Part shown: positions 1 through 11,003 of the stretch, piece by piece | Numbering within the stretch: position 1 is the stretch's first letter | Layout of the letters: each line of letters starts with the position of its first letter | Source: Sulfurovum sp. | Lineage (GTDB): Bacteria; Campylobacterota; Campylobacteria; Campylobacterales; Sulfurovaceae | Direction of reading: 5' to 3' | DNA length: 64,000 bases | Assembly (NCBI GenBank): GCA_027081115.1 | Contig: JALWLD010000121.1 | Span: 22,786 to 86,785, forward strand | Translations under genes and position numbers: made by a program | Notes under the pieces: generated by a model | Databases searched by the model: none | Seen by the model: only the letters and a program-made list of their open reading frames with translations | Told to the model about the DNA's origin: nothing

Positions 1-434
1 GCATGGTCTGCAGTACAAACAGAGACAGTATGTCCTTCATCCAACCCTGGAGTTGCTCCAAAATTAAGTTTTGGTCCTGTGGCATTAATGAGGTAATCAT
101 AAGTAAGTTCTTCAGTCTGTCCCTCTTTGTTTTGCCCTGTATATTCAATGGTAATAAATGCATCATCTCCATTTTCTCCACCATTTGGGTGTAGAGAAAC
201 AGCTTTTGCCTGTCTATAATCAATTCCTGCTTTCTCGTAAACAGGTGCGAGTGGAAAAACCACATCATCTTTTGTCATTTGACCAACACCTACCCAGATG
301 TTGGATGGAATCCAGTTCCATTGTGAATTTGGTGTAACCACTACTACTTCATGCTCATCCCCAAGCCAATCTTTTGCGAATGTCGCGGCAGTGTGTCCTG
401 AAACTCCACCACCCATAACTACTAAACGTGCCAT
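1..434 (-). CDS. sqr: sulfide:quinone oxidoreductase-like FAD oxidoreductase (partial, runs off window start)
   Basis: Manual translation from ATG at 434: MARLVVMGGGVSGHTAATFAKDWLGDEHEVVVVTPNSQWNWIPSNIWVGVG. Has the GxGxxG FAD motif and the SQR-typical PSNIWVG. AAGGA SD upstream. Not in the ORF track. Confidence 0.8.
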   Translation of the reverse strand, partial: MARLVVMGGGVSGHTAATFAKDWLGDEHEVVVVTPNSQWNWIPSNIWVGVGQMTKDDVVFPLAPVYEKAGIDYRQAKAVSLHPNGGENGDDAFITIEYTGQNKEGQTEELTYDYLINATGPKLNFGATPGLDEGHTVSVCTADH

Positions 435-709
435 AGCATTCCTTCTTAATTTTATTTGTTGTTCCCTTTCATTGTAGTTCAAGATTATTTAATTTTATAT
501 TAAACCGTATCTTTTGATTATTAATTAAAGCAATTCATTGGTTTAGTTTTTATTTTTATCGTCACATATTTCATTATTACCATAGAAGAAAATTAATCCA
601 ATCAATAAAATTGATAAAATTAGGAGTATTTTTGTGTGAGTTAACGCGCTTATACTAACAGTAATTATGTTAAAATCTAAAATTATTTTAGGGAAAGGGA
701 TTACGAAAT

Positions 710-2887
710 ATGCATAAATGGAGAGTGAAAGTACTGTTATGGTTATCTATCACTGTTTTCTCCATGGCTGGTGTATGGAATAGCCCTTACTCCGAAGAGA
801 AGATACAGAGTGAAACACTCTTTGCAGGTTTCTCTACACCTCCTAAACGATTGGATCCTGTACTCTCGTACAATGCGAATGAGTGGGCGATCATTGGTCA
901 GATCTATGAGCCTCCGTTGCAATACAATTATCTTCAAAGACCTTATGTCTTAGAAGCTTTGACGCTTAGTAAAATGCCAACAATACGTTATCTGGACAGT
1001 AATGGTTCCCAAGTAGAAGAGAATGCAGCATCTGTGGCGTTCTCTGAGTATCGTTTAGAGCTACGGAAGGATATAAAATACCAAGACCATCCTGCTTTTG
1101 TAAAAGACGAAAAGGGTAAGCTTGTCTATGCCTTCCTAACGCAGAAAGCATTAGAGAAGATTGAGAGTTTGGATGACTTTGAAAAAACAGCTACACGCCA
1201 TTTAAGAGCAGAAGATTACCTGTATGCGATAAAAAGAATGGCTGTACGTGAAAACCACTCACCTATTTTAGATACTATGTCCCAATACATCGTAGGGTTG
1301 GAGAGCTTTTCAAAAGAGATTTCTGCTGTTGCCAAAAGTAAAAAACAAAAAGGTGAATGGCTGGATCTTCGGAAGTATGCTCTTTTGGGTGTACGTGTAA
1401 TAGACAGACACACTTTGGTCATTAAGATAAAAGGCAAGTATCCTCAATTTATCTATTGGCTCAGTATGTACTTTTTTGCGCCTGTACCTTGGGAAGCAGA
1501 TCAATTTTATCATCAAAAGGGACTCATTGAGAAAAACTTGACACTTAACTGGTTCCCCGTAGGAACAGGGGCTTATTATTTGGCTAAGAACAATCCACAT
1601 AGAGAGATGATTTTGAAAGTAAATCCTCACTATCATAAGGAGTTTTATCCTCTTTTAAATGAAGAAGAAGCAAAGCGTAGCAATACGCCTGAAGATCTTT
1701 TGGTAGATGCCGGGCTAAAACTTCCCTTTATTAAAGAGGTGGTCTATAGTCTGGAAAAAGAGAGTATCCCTTTATGGAATAAATTTCTACAGGGGTATTA
1801 TGATGCTTCGGGTATCTCTTCTGAGGCTTTTGATCAAGCTGTACAGATTGCTTCAAATGGTAATATGGGTTTAAGTGAAGAGATGCAAGAAAAAAGTATA
1901 CAACTCAAAGGCTCGGTACAGCCTTCTATTTTTTATATGGCATTTAATATGGTGGACCCTGTAGTTGGCGGTTATTCTGTAGCTGCTAAAAAACTTCGTC
2001 AAGCTATCAGTATTGCCCAAAATCAGGAAGAGTATATTTCTATTTTTATGAATGAGAGAGGGTTACCGGCACAAGGCCCTATTCCTCCGGGTATATTTGG
2101 ATATGAAGAGGGTAAAGCCGGAACGGACACTATAGTGTATGAGTGGAAAAATGGCAAACGTGTACGAAAATCAATTGATGTTGCAAAAAAACTTTTGGCT
2201 GAGGCAGGCTACCCTAACGGTATCTCCTCTAAAACAGGCAAGCAGTTGAAGCTCTATTATGATGCTACGGCTACAGGACCTGATGATCGTGCATTGATGG
2301 ACTGGAGACGTAAACAGTTTGCCAAATTGGGGATACAACTGGTTATTCGTTCCACCGACTATAATCGTTTTCAAGATAAAGTCAGGAAAGGCAAAGTACA
2401 AATTTTCTCTTGGGGGTGGAATGCAGACTATCCTGACCCTGAAAATTTCCTTTTTTTGCTTTATGGAGGTAATGCTGTGGTTACTACCAATGGTGCCGGT
2501 ATTAACTCATCGAACTATAAAAATCCTGAGTTTGACAGGCTTTTTAATGAAATCAAAACGATGAAAAATTCACCTCAGCGAAACGAAAAGATACAAAAGA
2601 TGCTGAACATTGTCAGAGAAGATGCACCTTGGGTTTGGGGGTTTCATCCAAAATCTCTTGCACTCTCTCATTCCTGGTTCAAAAACGTACTTCCTAATGC
2701 TATGGCAAACAATACACTCAAATATAAACGTATTGATGCCAAACTGAGAGTTAAGAAACAAAAAGAGTGGAATCAGCCGGTTATTTTGCCTCTAATCCTT
2801 TTTGTTTTCCTGCTATTGCTTAGTGGCTATCTACTACATAAAGTGTATCAGAACAGGCAGGCCTCTGTGATCAGAGAGGAGTCTTGA
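710..2887 (+). CDS. ABC transporter substrate-binding protein (peptide/nickel family 5) with C-terminal TM anchor
   Basis: LDP, PVGTGAY, LRQAI and GWNADYPDPENF motifs; hydrophobic C-terminus. Confidence 0.85.
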   Translation: MHKWRVKVLLWLSITVFSMAGVWNSPYSEEKIQSETLFAGFSTPPKRLDPVLSYNANEWAIIGQIYEPPLQYNYLQRPYVLEALTLSKMPTIRYLDSNGSQVEENAASVAFSEYRLELRKDIKYQDHPAFVKDEKGKLVYAFLTQKALEKIESLDDFEKTATRHLRAEDYLYAIKRMAVRENHSPILDTMSQYIVGLESFSKEISAVAKSKKQKGEWLDLRKYALLGVRVIDRHTLVIKIKGKYPQFIYWLSMYFFAPVPWEADQFYHQKGLIEKNLTLNWFPVGTGAYYLAKNNPHREMILKVNPHYHKEFYPLLNEEEAKRSNTPEDLLVDAGLKLPFIKEVVYSLEKESIPLWNKFLQGYYDASGISSEAFDQAVQIASNGNMGLSEEMQEKSIQLKGSVQPSIFYMAFNMVDPVVGGYSVAAKKLRQAISIAQNQEEYISIFMNERGLPAQGPIPPGIFGYEEGKAGTDTIVYEWKNGKRVRKSIDVAKKLLAEAGYPNGISSKTGKQLKLYYDATATGPDDRALMDWRRKQFAKLGIQLVIRSTDYNRFQDKVRKGKVQIFSWGWNADYPDPENFLFLLYGGNAVVTTNGAGINSSNYKNPEFDRLFNEIKTMKNSPQRNEKIQKMLNIVREDAPWVWGFHPKSLALSHSWFKNVLPNAMANNTLKYKRIDAKLRVKKQKEWNQPVILPLILFVFLLLLSGYLLHKVYQNRQASVIREES

Positions 2888-3861
2888 TGTTAGGGTATAT
2901 CATTAAACGTATTTTGTATGCCATACCTATTTTGATAGGGGTAAACCTCATTACATTTATGCTCTTTTTTATGGTTAACTCTCCAGATGATATGGCAAGG
3001 GCACAGTTGGGAGCCAAGCAGGTTACTCCACAAATGATCGAAGCTTGGAAAGTAGACAAAGGTTATGATAAACCACTTTTTGTCAATAATAAAGCCAGTG
3101 GTACAGGAAAAGTGACCGATACGCTCTTTGTACAGGAATCAATAAAACTTTTCTTTTTTGATTTCGGTACTTCTGATGCCAATAGAGATATCGGATCGGA
3201 GATCAAAGAACGTATGGGCCCCAGCCTGGCCATTGCTCTACCAACTTTTATGATAGCGCTTATTACCAATATCTCTTTGGCACTCCTGTTGGTACTGTTT
3301 AGAGGTACCATGCTGGATACCTCCATGATGATCGTAGCAGTGATGATCATGTCCATCTCTGGCTTGTTTTATATTATTGCAGGACAGGTACTCTTTTCCA
3401 AAATGTGGCATTGGGTACCCATCTCTGGGTATGCTTCGGGATGGGAAGGATTCAAATTTGTCCTCTTGCCTGTGATGATAGGGGTTTTTGCCGGTATTGG
3501 TGCAGGAGTACGTTGGTACAGATCTATTTTTTTAGAGCAGATAAATCAAGACTATGTAAGAACGGCAAGAGCCAAAGGGCTTTCAGAACTGAAGGTACTT
3601 TTTGGTCATGTGCTTAAGAACGGGATGTTACCTATTTTAACAGGTGTGGTCGTTGTCATTCCTTCACTATTTATGGGATCTTTGATCATGGAATCTTTCT
3701 TTGGTATTCCCGGTCTTGGTTCCTATACTATTGATGCCATTAATGCGCAGGATTTTGCTATTGTCAAAGCAATGGTCTTTTTGGGGTCGGTTCTTTACAT
3801 TGTAGGTCTTATTTTGACCGATATCTCCTATACACTGTTTGATCCAAGGGTAAAACTATGA
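2887..3861 (+). CDS. peptide ABC transporter permease (DppB/OppB family)
   Basis: DYVRTARAKGL EAA motif and FGIPGLG; ATG overlaps the upstream TGA. Confidence 0.9.
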   Translation: MLGYIIKRILYAIPILIGVNLITFMLFFMVNSPDDMARAQLGAKQVTPQMIEAWKVDKGYDKPLFVNNKASGTGKVTDTLFVQESIKLFFFDFGTSDANRDIGSEIKERMGPSLAIALPTFMIALITNISLALLLVLFRGTMLDTSMMIVAVMIMSISGLFYIIAGQVLFSKMWHWVPISGYASGWEGFKFVLLPVMIGVFAGIGAGVRWYRSIFLEQINQDYVRTARAKGLSELKVLFGHVLKNGMLPILTGVVVVIPSLFMGSLIMESFFGIPGLGSYTIDAINAQDFAIVKAMVFLGSVLYIVGLILTDISYTLFDPRVKL

Positions 3862-5222
3862 TCTTTACTTTACTCTGGACAGACGTCATGGTATGGATAC
3901 TTATTGCAGCTCTCATTGTCTGGGGGTGGGTTGTCTCGCGTTCCCCACAGGTAAAACAGCAATGGCATACCATTTTCAAGTCGGGTATTGCTATGGCGTC
4001 TGCAACGATTTTACTTTTCTATCTCTTCTTTACTCTTTTGGACTCTGTACATCTACGCTTGGCTAAAGAGACCGAGGGAAAGAATACGCAGGTGCAGTAT
4101 GGGGAGATGGTCTCTTTGCTGGATATGATGTTTTCTCACAACATTAGAAATACAGAACGTACCTACTCAGCACCCTTTGCCACGCATGAGTATGCTAAAT
4201 CGATTGTTGTAGACGACAGAGGTGTAACACAGCAGGAGTATCTTCCCTTGAAACATGTCTCTCAAGAGGGGAGTCTTTTTCAAAAGTCACTTTTTGCACT
4301 TCTGCTTGGTTTTGTTTTGTCTGTGCTATTGATAGTCTTACATATATTTTTGAGAAGTAAAGGCAAGGGTGTTGTGGTGATCAGGCAGATTGTTCGAGGA
4401 GAAAGTGAACTACCCTGGAGAACAGCATATGTAACGCTTTCTTTGTTGATTATGGTCTTTACCTGGCTCTATATGCTTTCTTATGAGTATCATGTCCTTG
4501 GTACAGACAAAGTAGGTGGAGATGTTCTCTATCAGAGTTTTAAAAGTATCCGTACAGGAGTGCTTATAGGTATACTTACTACGCTCATCATGTTGCCAGT
4601 AGCAGTCATACTTGGGGTAAGTGCAGGACTCTTTGGTGGTTGGGTAGATGATATCATTCAATATCTCTATACTACGTTAAGCTCCATCCCCGGAGTGCTC
4701 CTCATCGCAGCAGGGGTATTGATGATGCAAGTGACCATGGACAATAATCCAACCTGGTTTGAAACCACTTTAGAGCGTTCTGATCTTCGTCTTCTTTTTC
4801 TCATTGTGATACTTGGCGTAACTTCATGGACAGGATTATGTAGATTACTTAGAGCAGAAACACTGAAGATCTCACAAATAGAATTTGTCACTGCTGCCAA
4901 AGCTTTTGGTGTAGGTAAGTGGACGATCATCAGACGTCATATTATTCCCAACCTCATGCATATTATTCTTATCTCAGTGGTTTTGGACTTTTCTGGTCTG
5001 GTTTTAGCTGAAGCTGTGCTCTCTTATGTGGGTGTAGGTGTGGACCCGACCATGCACTCCTGGGGTAATATGATCAATCAGGCAAGACTTGAAATGGCGA
5101 GAGAACCAATGGTTTGGTGGTCACTCTTTTCTGCGTTTGTTTTTATGTTTATTCTGGTTTTGGCAGCGAACCTGCTTTCCGATCGTATTCAAAAAGTACT
5201 TGACCCAAGGAATAAAGTATGA
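3858..5222 (+). CDS. peptide ABC transporter permease (DppC/OppC family)
   Basis: HVLGTDKVGGD, EFVTAAKAFG, RHIIPN. Confidence 0.9.
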   Translation: MIFTLLWTDVMVWILIAALIVWGWVVSRSPQVKQQWHTIFKSGIAMASATILLFYLFFTLLDSVHLRLAKETEGKNTQVQYGEMVSLLDMMFSHNIRNTERTYSAPFATHEYAKSIVVDDRGVTQQEYLPLKHVSQEGSLFQKSLFALLLGFVLSVLLIVLHIFLRSKGKGVVVIRQIVRGESELPWRTAYVTLSLLIMVFTWLYMLSYEYHVLGTDKVGGDVLYQSFKSIRTGVLIGILTTLIMLPVAVILGVSAGLFGGWVDDIIQYLYTTLSSIPGVLLIAAGVLMMQVTMDNNPTWFETTLERSDLRLLFLIVILGVTSWTGLCRLLRAETLKISQIEFVTAAKAFGVGKWTIIRRHIIPNLMHIILISVVLDFSGLVLAEAVLSYVGVGVDPTMHSWGNMINQARLEMAREPMVWWSLFSAFVFMFILVLAANLLSDRIQKVLDPRNKV

Positions 5223-6832
5223 GACCTATTTTACATGTAGAAAATCTGAGTTTGAATATTGCCCAGACAACACTTTTAAATAATATCTCATTTACTATTC
5301 AAAAAGGTGAGATCTTTGCTTTAGTAGGGGAGTCCGGCTCTGGGAAATCTTTGACTTCCCTGTCAGTCATGCGTCTATTGCCTGAAGTTATTTCTGTCAG
5401 TTCTGGAGATATTAAACTCCAAGAGAGATCTCTGTTTACACTACCTGAATATGAGATGCAGAAGATACGTGGAAAAAATATTGCGATGATCTTCCAAGAA
5501 CCGATGTCTGCATTGAATCCGGTAATGACAGTAGGAGAACAAGTTGCTGAAGTATTGAAGATACATTTGGGTCTAAAAGGGGATGATGTAAAACAAAAAG
5601 TGATCTCTCTTTTTAAAGAGGTTGCACTAAAAGACTCTGAAACACGTTACAGCTGGTATCCACATCAACTCTCAGGTGGGCAGAAACAAAGAGTAATGAT
5701 CGCCATGGCATTGGCGTGTGAACCTGACCTTCTTATAGCCGATGAACCTACTACCGCACTTGATGTAACCATACAGGCTCAGATCTTGGCACTTTTGAAA
5801 ACAATCAGAGAGCAGAGAGGACTTTCTATTCTCTTTATTACCCATGATATGGCAGTGGTCTCTCAAATGGCAGACAGGGTGGCAGTCATGAAAAATGGAG
5901 AGATACTCGAACAAGCAGAGTGCAAGACCTTCTTCTCCAATCCTCAACACCCTTATAGTAAAGCACTGTTGAAAGATGCTAGAGAGAAAAAAGAGGAGAG
6001 GGGAGAGAAGAAAGAGAAAAAGGTACTTTTGGAAGTAAAAAACCTGAAAGTCTATTTTCCTATTAAAAAAGGTTTTTTCCAGCGAACTGTGGGCAATACA
6101 AAGGCAGTAGACGGGGTGAATCTGCAGATTGACAAAGGTAAAACACTGGCATTGGTAGGAGAGTCCGGATCGGGGAAAAGTACCATAGGTAAAGCTATTC
6201 TCTCGTTGCTTGAGATACATGAAGGTAAAGTGCTGTTTGAGAACCAGGATCTGTCACGTTTAAGCAAAAGTGCTTTAAAACCTTACCGCCGTAAGATTCA
6301 GGTGGTGTTTCAGGATCCTTTTTCTGCATTGAATCCGCGTATGACCATTGGTAGTATTATCCGTGAAGGAATGGTCAGTTTGGATGTAGGACCCAAGAGT
6401 AGAGAAGCACAAGATGAGTATATAAAAGAGATGCTTTTGAAAGTAGAATTGGAAGCAGAGCATTTTGAACGCTATCCACATGAATTTTCAGGAGGACAGA
6501 GGCAGCGTATAGGTATTGCAAGAGCACTGGCAGTACAACCTGAGCTTATTATTTGTGACGAGCCAACCTCTGCGTTGGATGTTTCTGTACGTGCACAGGT
6601 ATTGAAACTTTTGAAGAAACTCCAAGATGAGTCAGAGCTCTCCTATCTGTTTATAACACATGACCTCTCCATTATCCCTATGGTCGCAGATGAGGTAGCT
6701 GTGATGAAAGAGGGGAAGATCATTGAACAGGGGAGTGTTTCTAAGGTTATGCAACATCCCCAACACGCCTATACGAAAAAACTGTTACACTCTGCACCTA
6801 AATTACTAAACAGTGAGAATAATAATGGATAA
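5219..6832 (+). CDS. peptide ABC transporter ATP-binding protein, two fused ATPase domains
   Basis: Two GESGSGKS Walker A motifs, two SGGQ signatures, two DEPT Walker B motifs. Confidence 0.93.
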   Translation: MRPILHVENLSLNIAQTTLLNNISFTIQKGEIFALVGESGSGKSLTSLSVMRLLPEVISVSSGDIKLQERSLFTLPEYEMQKIRGKNIAMIFQEPMSALNPVMTVGEQVAEVLKIHLGLKGDDVKQKVISLFKEVALKDSETRYSWYPHQLSGGQKQRVMIAMALACEPDLLIADEPTTALDVTIQAQILALLKTIREQRGLSILFITHDMAVVSQMADRVAVMKNGEILEQAECKTFFSNPQHPYSKALLKDAREKKEERGEKKEKKVLLEVKNLKVYFPIKKGFFQRTVGNTKAVDGVNLQIDKGKTLALVGESGSGKSTIGKAILSLLEIHEGKVLFENQDLSRLSKSALKPYRRKIQVVFQDPFSALNPRMTIGSIIREGMVSLDVGPKSREAQDEYIKEMLLKVELEAEHFERYPHEFSGGQRQRIGIARALAVQPELIICDEPTSALDVSVRAQVLKLLKKLQDESELSYLFITHDLSIIPMVADEVAVMKEGKIIEQGSVSKVMQHPQHAYTKKLLHSAPKLLNSENNNG

Positions 6833-7463
6833 AATTATACTTTTTGACTTAGATGGCACACTCATTGACTCTACCGAAGCGATACTGGAGAGTTTTACTA
6901 TGGCATATCGACATTTTGGGGAGAAGGTTCCTGATGCAGAACGGATAAAAGCCCAGATCGGACATCCTCTAGACAGCATGTTCTTAACCTTAGGTGTGAA
7001 AGAAAATAAGGTTTGGGACTATGTGGCTGCCTATAAGGCACATTACCGCAAGATCTCTTGTGCTAAAACAACTCTTTTGCCCCAGGCCAAAGAGACCATT
7101 GAACTTGCCAAAAGTTTTGCAACACTCGCTGTGGTCACAACGAAGACTGCCAAATACTCCATAGAGCTGCTAGAACATATGGGCATTATGCATCATTTTG
7201 AGGTGCTTATTGGAAGGGAAGATGTGGAAAATCCTAAACCGCATCCTGAACCCATAGAAAAAGCCTTGTTGAAGTTACCTTGTGTTACAAATAAGGTATG
7301 GATGATTGGTGATACCTGCATGGATATGATGGCTGCAAAAGCTGCAAACGTCGAGAGTGTAGGGCTTACCTGTGGTTATGGAACACTTGAATCTTTATCG
7401 GAATGTACAGATAATATTTGTGAAAATGCCTATGAGGCAGTAACATTCATAGCAAAGATATAG
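6825..7463 (+). CDS. HAD-superfamily hydrolase (phosphoglycolate phosphatase-like)
   Basis: FDLDGTL, KPHPEP and MIGD motifs. Confidence 0.85.
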   Translation: MDKIILFDLDGTLIDSTEAILESFTMAYRHFGEKVPDAERIKAQIGHPLDSMFLTLGVKENKVWDYVAAYKAHYRKISCAKTTLLPQAKETIELAKSFATLAVVTTKTAKYSIELLEHMGIMHHFEVLIGREDVENPKPHPEPIEKALLKLPCVTNKVWMIGDTCMDMMAAKAANVESVGLTCGYGTLESLSECTDNICENAYEAVTFIAKI

Positions 7464-7554
7464 CATAAGGTTAAAAAAATTATTATTTCAACATGCTTTA
7501 AGAGTGCGACCATTACAATGGTAAAAATATTACAACTATTTAATAGGAGAAATT

Positions 7555-8118
7555 ATGACAGAAATTAGATGGCATAGCCGTGCTGGTCAAGGTGCTGTAT
7601 CTGGTGCGAAAGGTCTTGGCGACGTCGTTGCCACAACGGGGAAAGAGGTACAGGCATTTGCATTATATGGTTCTGCAAAAAGAGGGGCTGCATTAAGAGC
7701 CTATAACAGAATTGCAGATGAACAGATCTTCAACCATGCAAAATTCATGTATCCTGACTTTGTTTTGGTCATTGACCCCGCATTGGCAATGACAGATGAT
7801 ATTACGATGAATGATAAAGAATCCACAAAGTATATTATTACATCGCATTTGAGCAAAGATGAATTGATCGCAGAGATTCCTGCCTTACAAGATAAAGCAG
7901 ATAGAGTCTATGTTGTTGACTGTATTGAGATCTCTCTGGATACTATTGGAAGATCTATGCCAAACTCACCAATGCTTGGTGCATTTGTAAAGATCTCCGG
8001 TATGTTTGAGTTGGATTATTTCCTAGAAAATATGAAAAGAGTACTTGGAAAGTTCCCTCAAAAAATTATTGATGCGAACATGGAAGCAATTACAAGAGCA
8101 TACAACGAAGTTAAGTAA
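7555..8118 (+). CDS. porC: pyruvate:ferredoxin/flavodoxin oxidoreductase gamma subunit
   Basis: EIRWHSRAGQG and YGSAKRG; first gene of a 4-gene POR operon. Confidence 0.9.
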   Translation: MTEIRWHSRAGQGAVSGAKGLGDVVATTGKEVQAFALYGSAKRGAALRAYNRIADEQIFNHAKFMYPDFVLVIDPALAMTDDITMNDKESTKYIITSHLSKDELIAEIPALQDKADRVYVVDCIEISLDTIGRSMPNSPMLGAFVKISGMFELDYFLENMKRVLGKFPQKIIDANMEAITRAYNEVK

Positions 8119-8130
8119 AGAGGAAATAGA

Positions 8131-8586
8131 ATGCAAGATTTAAAACTAAAAGCAACAGAAAACCGTGGGCTTCATCAATTAGAAGCAGGATTCGATCTCC
8201 TTGGTTGGGATGAAGTAACACAAGGTTCAGTACTCCCTTCGTTTGAAGGTGATGCAACAAATATTGTAAACTTGAAGGCCGAAGAAAGAGACTATTCTCA
8301 TTATAACTCTTATACTGCTACAGTAGCCTCTTGGAGAGTAAAGAAACCAGTTTTTAACATCGATGTATGTATTGACTGTCAAAACTGTTGGGTATGGTGC
8401 CCAGATTCATCTATCTTGTCTAGAGACAAGCAAATGTTGGGGATCGACTATGATCACTGTAAAGGGTGTGAAGTTTGTGTGGAAGTATGTCCTACAAATC
8501 CAAAATCACTTTTAATGTTCAATGAACAAGAAGACCTAGAGGCAGCATTGTCTCAATGGCCAGAAAAAAAGAAAAAAGAAAAGTAA
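8131..8586 (+). CDS. porD: POR delta subunit, 2x[4Fe-4S]
   Basis: WRVKKPV, CIDCQNCWVWCPD, CKGCEVCVEVCP. Confidence 0.9.
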   Translation: MQDLKLKATENRGLHQLEAGFDLLGWDEVTQGSVLPSFEGDATNIVNLKAEERDYSHYNSYTATVASWRVKKPVFNIDVCIDCQNCWVWCPDSSILSRDKQMLGIDYDHCKGCEVCVEVCPTNPKSLLMFNEQEDLEAALSQWPEKKKKEK

Positions 8587-8595
8587 GGGACCATT

Positions 8596-9831
8596 ATGGC
8601 AGTAAAATATGATTTAAATGAAAGAGAAGTTTGGGATGGTAACTTTGCCGCTTCTCAAGCGCTAAGACAAGCACAGGTTGATGTTGTTGTTGCATATCCT
8701 ATTACACCTTCAACACCTATTGTTGAAAATTATGGTTCGTATGTAGCAAACGGTTATATTGACGGAGAGTTCGTTATGGTTGAATCTGAGCATGCTGCGA
8801 TGTCAGGATGTATCGGTGCATCTGCATCAGGTGGGCGTGTGTCTACAGCAACATCATCTCAAGGGTTTGCTTTGATGGCAGAGGTTCTGTATCAGGCATC
8901 CGGTATGAGACTACCGATCGTACTAAACGTAGTAAACAGAGCATTGGCTTCTCCACTGAATGTACGTGGTGACCATGCCGATATGTATCTTGGGCGTGAC
9001 TCAGGTTGGATCCAAATGGGTGCATTCAATGCACAAGAAGCATATGACTTGGCACTATGTGCATTTAAGATCGCTGAAAACCATGATGTTAGACTTCCTG
9101 TAATGATACATCAAGATGGTTTCATTACTTCACATACAGCGCAGAATGTCTATCCGTTAACAGATGAAGCAGCTATTAAATTTGTAGGTGAACTTGTACC
9201 TGTAGATGATATGCTTGACTTTTCAAGACCGGTAACATATGGTGCACAGACTGAAGAAGATTGGCACTTTGAGCATAAAGCTAAACAGCACAAAGCTTTG
9301 ATGGATTCACGTCCGATCATTGATGAAGTGTATGAAGAATTTGCTAAGTTGACAGGTAGAAAATATAACAGAGTTGAATCTTATGATATGGAAGATGCAG
9401 AGGTCGTAATTGTTGGACTTGGTACAACTGTTGAGACTGCAAGAGTTGCAGCAAAACAACTTAGAGAAGAAGAAGGTATTAAAGCGGGTGTTGTGGCTAT
9501 CAGATGTTTCAGACCTTTCCCTTTTGATGAAGTAAGAAAAGCACTTGAAGGTGCAAAATCAGTAGCTGTTACAGACAGATCATCTCCAGGTGGAGCAATG
9601 GGAGCATTCTTTAACGAAGTATCTGCAGCACTATATACAACAGCAAGCAGACCATTGGTTACAAACTTTATTTATGGGCTTGGTGGACGTGACTTCTCAA
9701 TCGAAGAGGCAAAAAGAATATTTAGAGAGCAAAAAGCACATGCTGATGCTGGACATATTACAACAGATATCCAACAATTCTCAGGCCTTAGAGGTCCACA
9801 CCTTGGATATTTCCAAACAAAAAGAGGTTAA
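8596..9831 (+). CDS. porA: POR alpha subunit
   Basis: YPITPST, ESEHAAMS, TATSSQG. Confidence 0.93.
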   Translation: MAVKYDLNEREVWDGNFAASQALRQAQVDVVVAYPITPSTPIVENYGSYVANGYIDGEFVMVESEHAAMSGCIGASASGGRVSTATSSQGFALMAEVLYQASGMRLPIVLNVVNRALASPLNVRGDHADMYLGRDSGWIQMGAFNAQEAYDLALCAFKIAENHDVRLPVMIHQDGFITSHTAQNVYPLTDEAAIKFVGELVPVDDMLDFSRPVTYGAQTEEDWHFEHKAKQHKALMDSRPIIDEVYEEFAKLTGRKYNRVESYDMEDAEVVIVGLGTTVETARVAAKQLREEEGIKAGVVAIRCFRPFPFDEVRKALEGAKSVAVTDRSSPGGAMGAFFNEVSAALYTTASRPLVTNFIYGLGGRDFSIEEAKRIFREQKAHADAGHITTDIQQFSGLRGPHLGYFQTKRG

Positions 9832-9833
9832 TT

Positions 9834-10787
9834 ATGGCAATTACATCAATAAAAAACTTAAAAGAATTTTCAACGAACAACGACAGATTTGAGGGTGCAC
9901 ACACTCTCTGTCCTGGTTGTGCGCACTCTATGATCGTTAGAGAGCTTATGAACTGTACAGATGACAACCTCGTAATCTCTGCAAATACAGGATGTCTGGA
10001 AGTATCAACTGCGGTTTATCCATTTACATCATGGGATACTTCTTGGATACATATCGGTTTTGAAAATGCTGCAACAGCAGTAACCGGTGCAGAAGTAATG
10101 CATAAAGTAAGAAAGAAAAAGGGTACGCTCAAAGACAATGATGCTCCTGTGAAATTTGTTGCTTTTGGTGGTGACGGGTCTACATTTGACATTGGTTTCC
10201 AGTGGCTTTCTGGTGCTATGGAAAGAGGTCATGATTTTACTTATATTTGTTTAGACAACGAAAACTATGCAAATACAGGGGGACAGAGATCATCGGCAAC
10301 GCCTATTGGTTCAACAACGTCAACTGCTCAAGCAGGAACACACTCTTACGGTAAGAAAGAGAAGAAGAAAGACATTGTTTCTATTATGGCAGCACATGGT
10401 TCTCCATATGTAGCACAGTTGGCACCAAATAAATGGAAAATGATGGCTAAAGGTTTCCAAAAAGCACTTGAGACTGAAGGACCTTGTTTTATCAATACTG
10501 TTTCTCCATGTTGTACGGAGTGGAAATTTGATCCAAAAGATACCATCACCATTACGGACTTGGCTGTAGACTCATTAATGTTCCCAATGTATGAGATCAT
10601 TGATGGACATGAGCTAAATATTCTTTACAGACCAAAAAATGTATTGAAAGTTGAAGATTATCTTGGAGCACAGGGGCGTTATAAGCACTTGTTTAAACCA
10701 GAGTATAAACACATTATTGAGAAAATTCAGTCTGATATTGATACAGATTGGGAGCGCCTACAGCGCCGTGAAGAAGCCCGCGTTTAA
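9834..10787 (+). CDS. porB: POR beta subunit (TPP binding)
   Basis: LCPGC and the GGDG...LDNENYANTGGQ TPP motif. Confidence 0.93.
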   Translation: MAITSIKNLKEFSTNNDRFEGAHTLCPGCAHSMIVRELMNCTDDNLVISANTGCLEVSTAVYPFTSWDTSWIHIGFENAATAVTGAEVMHKVRKKKGTLKDNDAPVKFVAFGGDGSTFDIGFQWLSGAMERGHDFTYICLDNENYANTGGQRSSATPIGSTTSTAQAGTHSYGKKEKKKDIVSIMAAHGSPYVAQLAPNKWKMMAKGFQKALETEGPCFINTVSPCCTEWKFDPKDTITITDLAVDSLMFPMYEIIDGHELNILYRPKNVLKVEDYLGAQGRYKHLFKPEYKHIIEKIQSDIDTDWERLQRREEARV

Positions 10788-10907
10788 AAGTTCAGCTTCG
10801 GCACATCTTTCTGCGATCGGCTTCGTGCCGTTCGGTCACGTACTTTTAAGTACGTTTTCTTTCTACTCATATCAATTGAACAAATCTGCAGCAAATCTGA
10901 TCTTTTA
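10785..10907. mobile_element. ERIC-like ~123-bp palindromic element (MITE-like), copy 1
   Basis: Imperfect terminal inverted repeats (TAAAAGTTCAG / CTGATCTTTTA), TA at both ends, core TTCGGTCACGTACTTTTAAGTACG shared with 18948-19072. Confidence 0.55.
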
Positions 10908-10934
10908 GATTACAATTCATAGCTATTTTTCAAA

Positions 10935-10965
10935 ACTATTTACTATTTACTATTCACTATTCACT
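10935..10965. repeat. heptamer tandem repeat (ACTATTY)x4.4 just upstream of the luxS -10 box
   Basis: actattt actattt actattc actattc act, followed by TGTTATAAT at 10971-10979. Confidence 0.75.
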
Positions 10966-11003
10966 TATTTTGTTATAATTTGAAAAATTTTAAGGAAAAC
11001 ACT

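Noticed and set aside
7478-7491. Possible Fnr-type box upstream of porC at the -41.5 position
   Set aside because: Only the right half (TTCAA) matches; the left half AATTA does not
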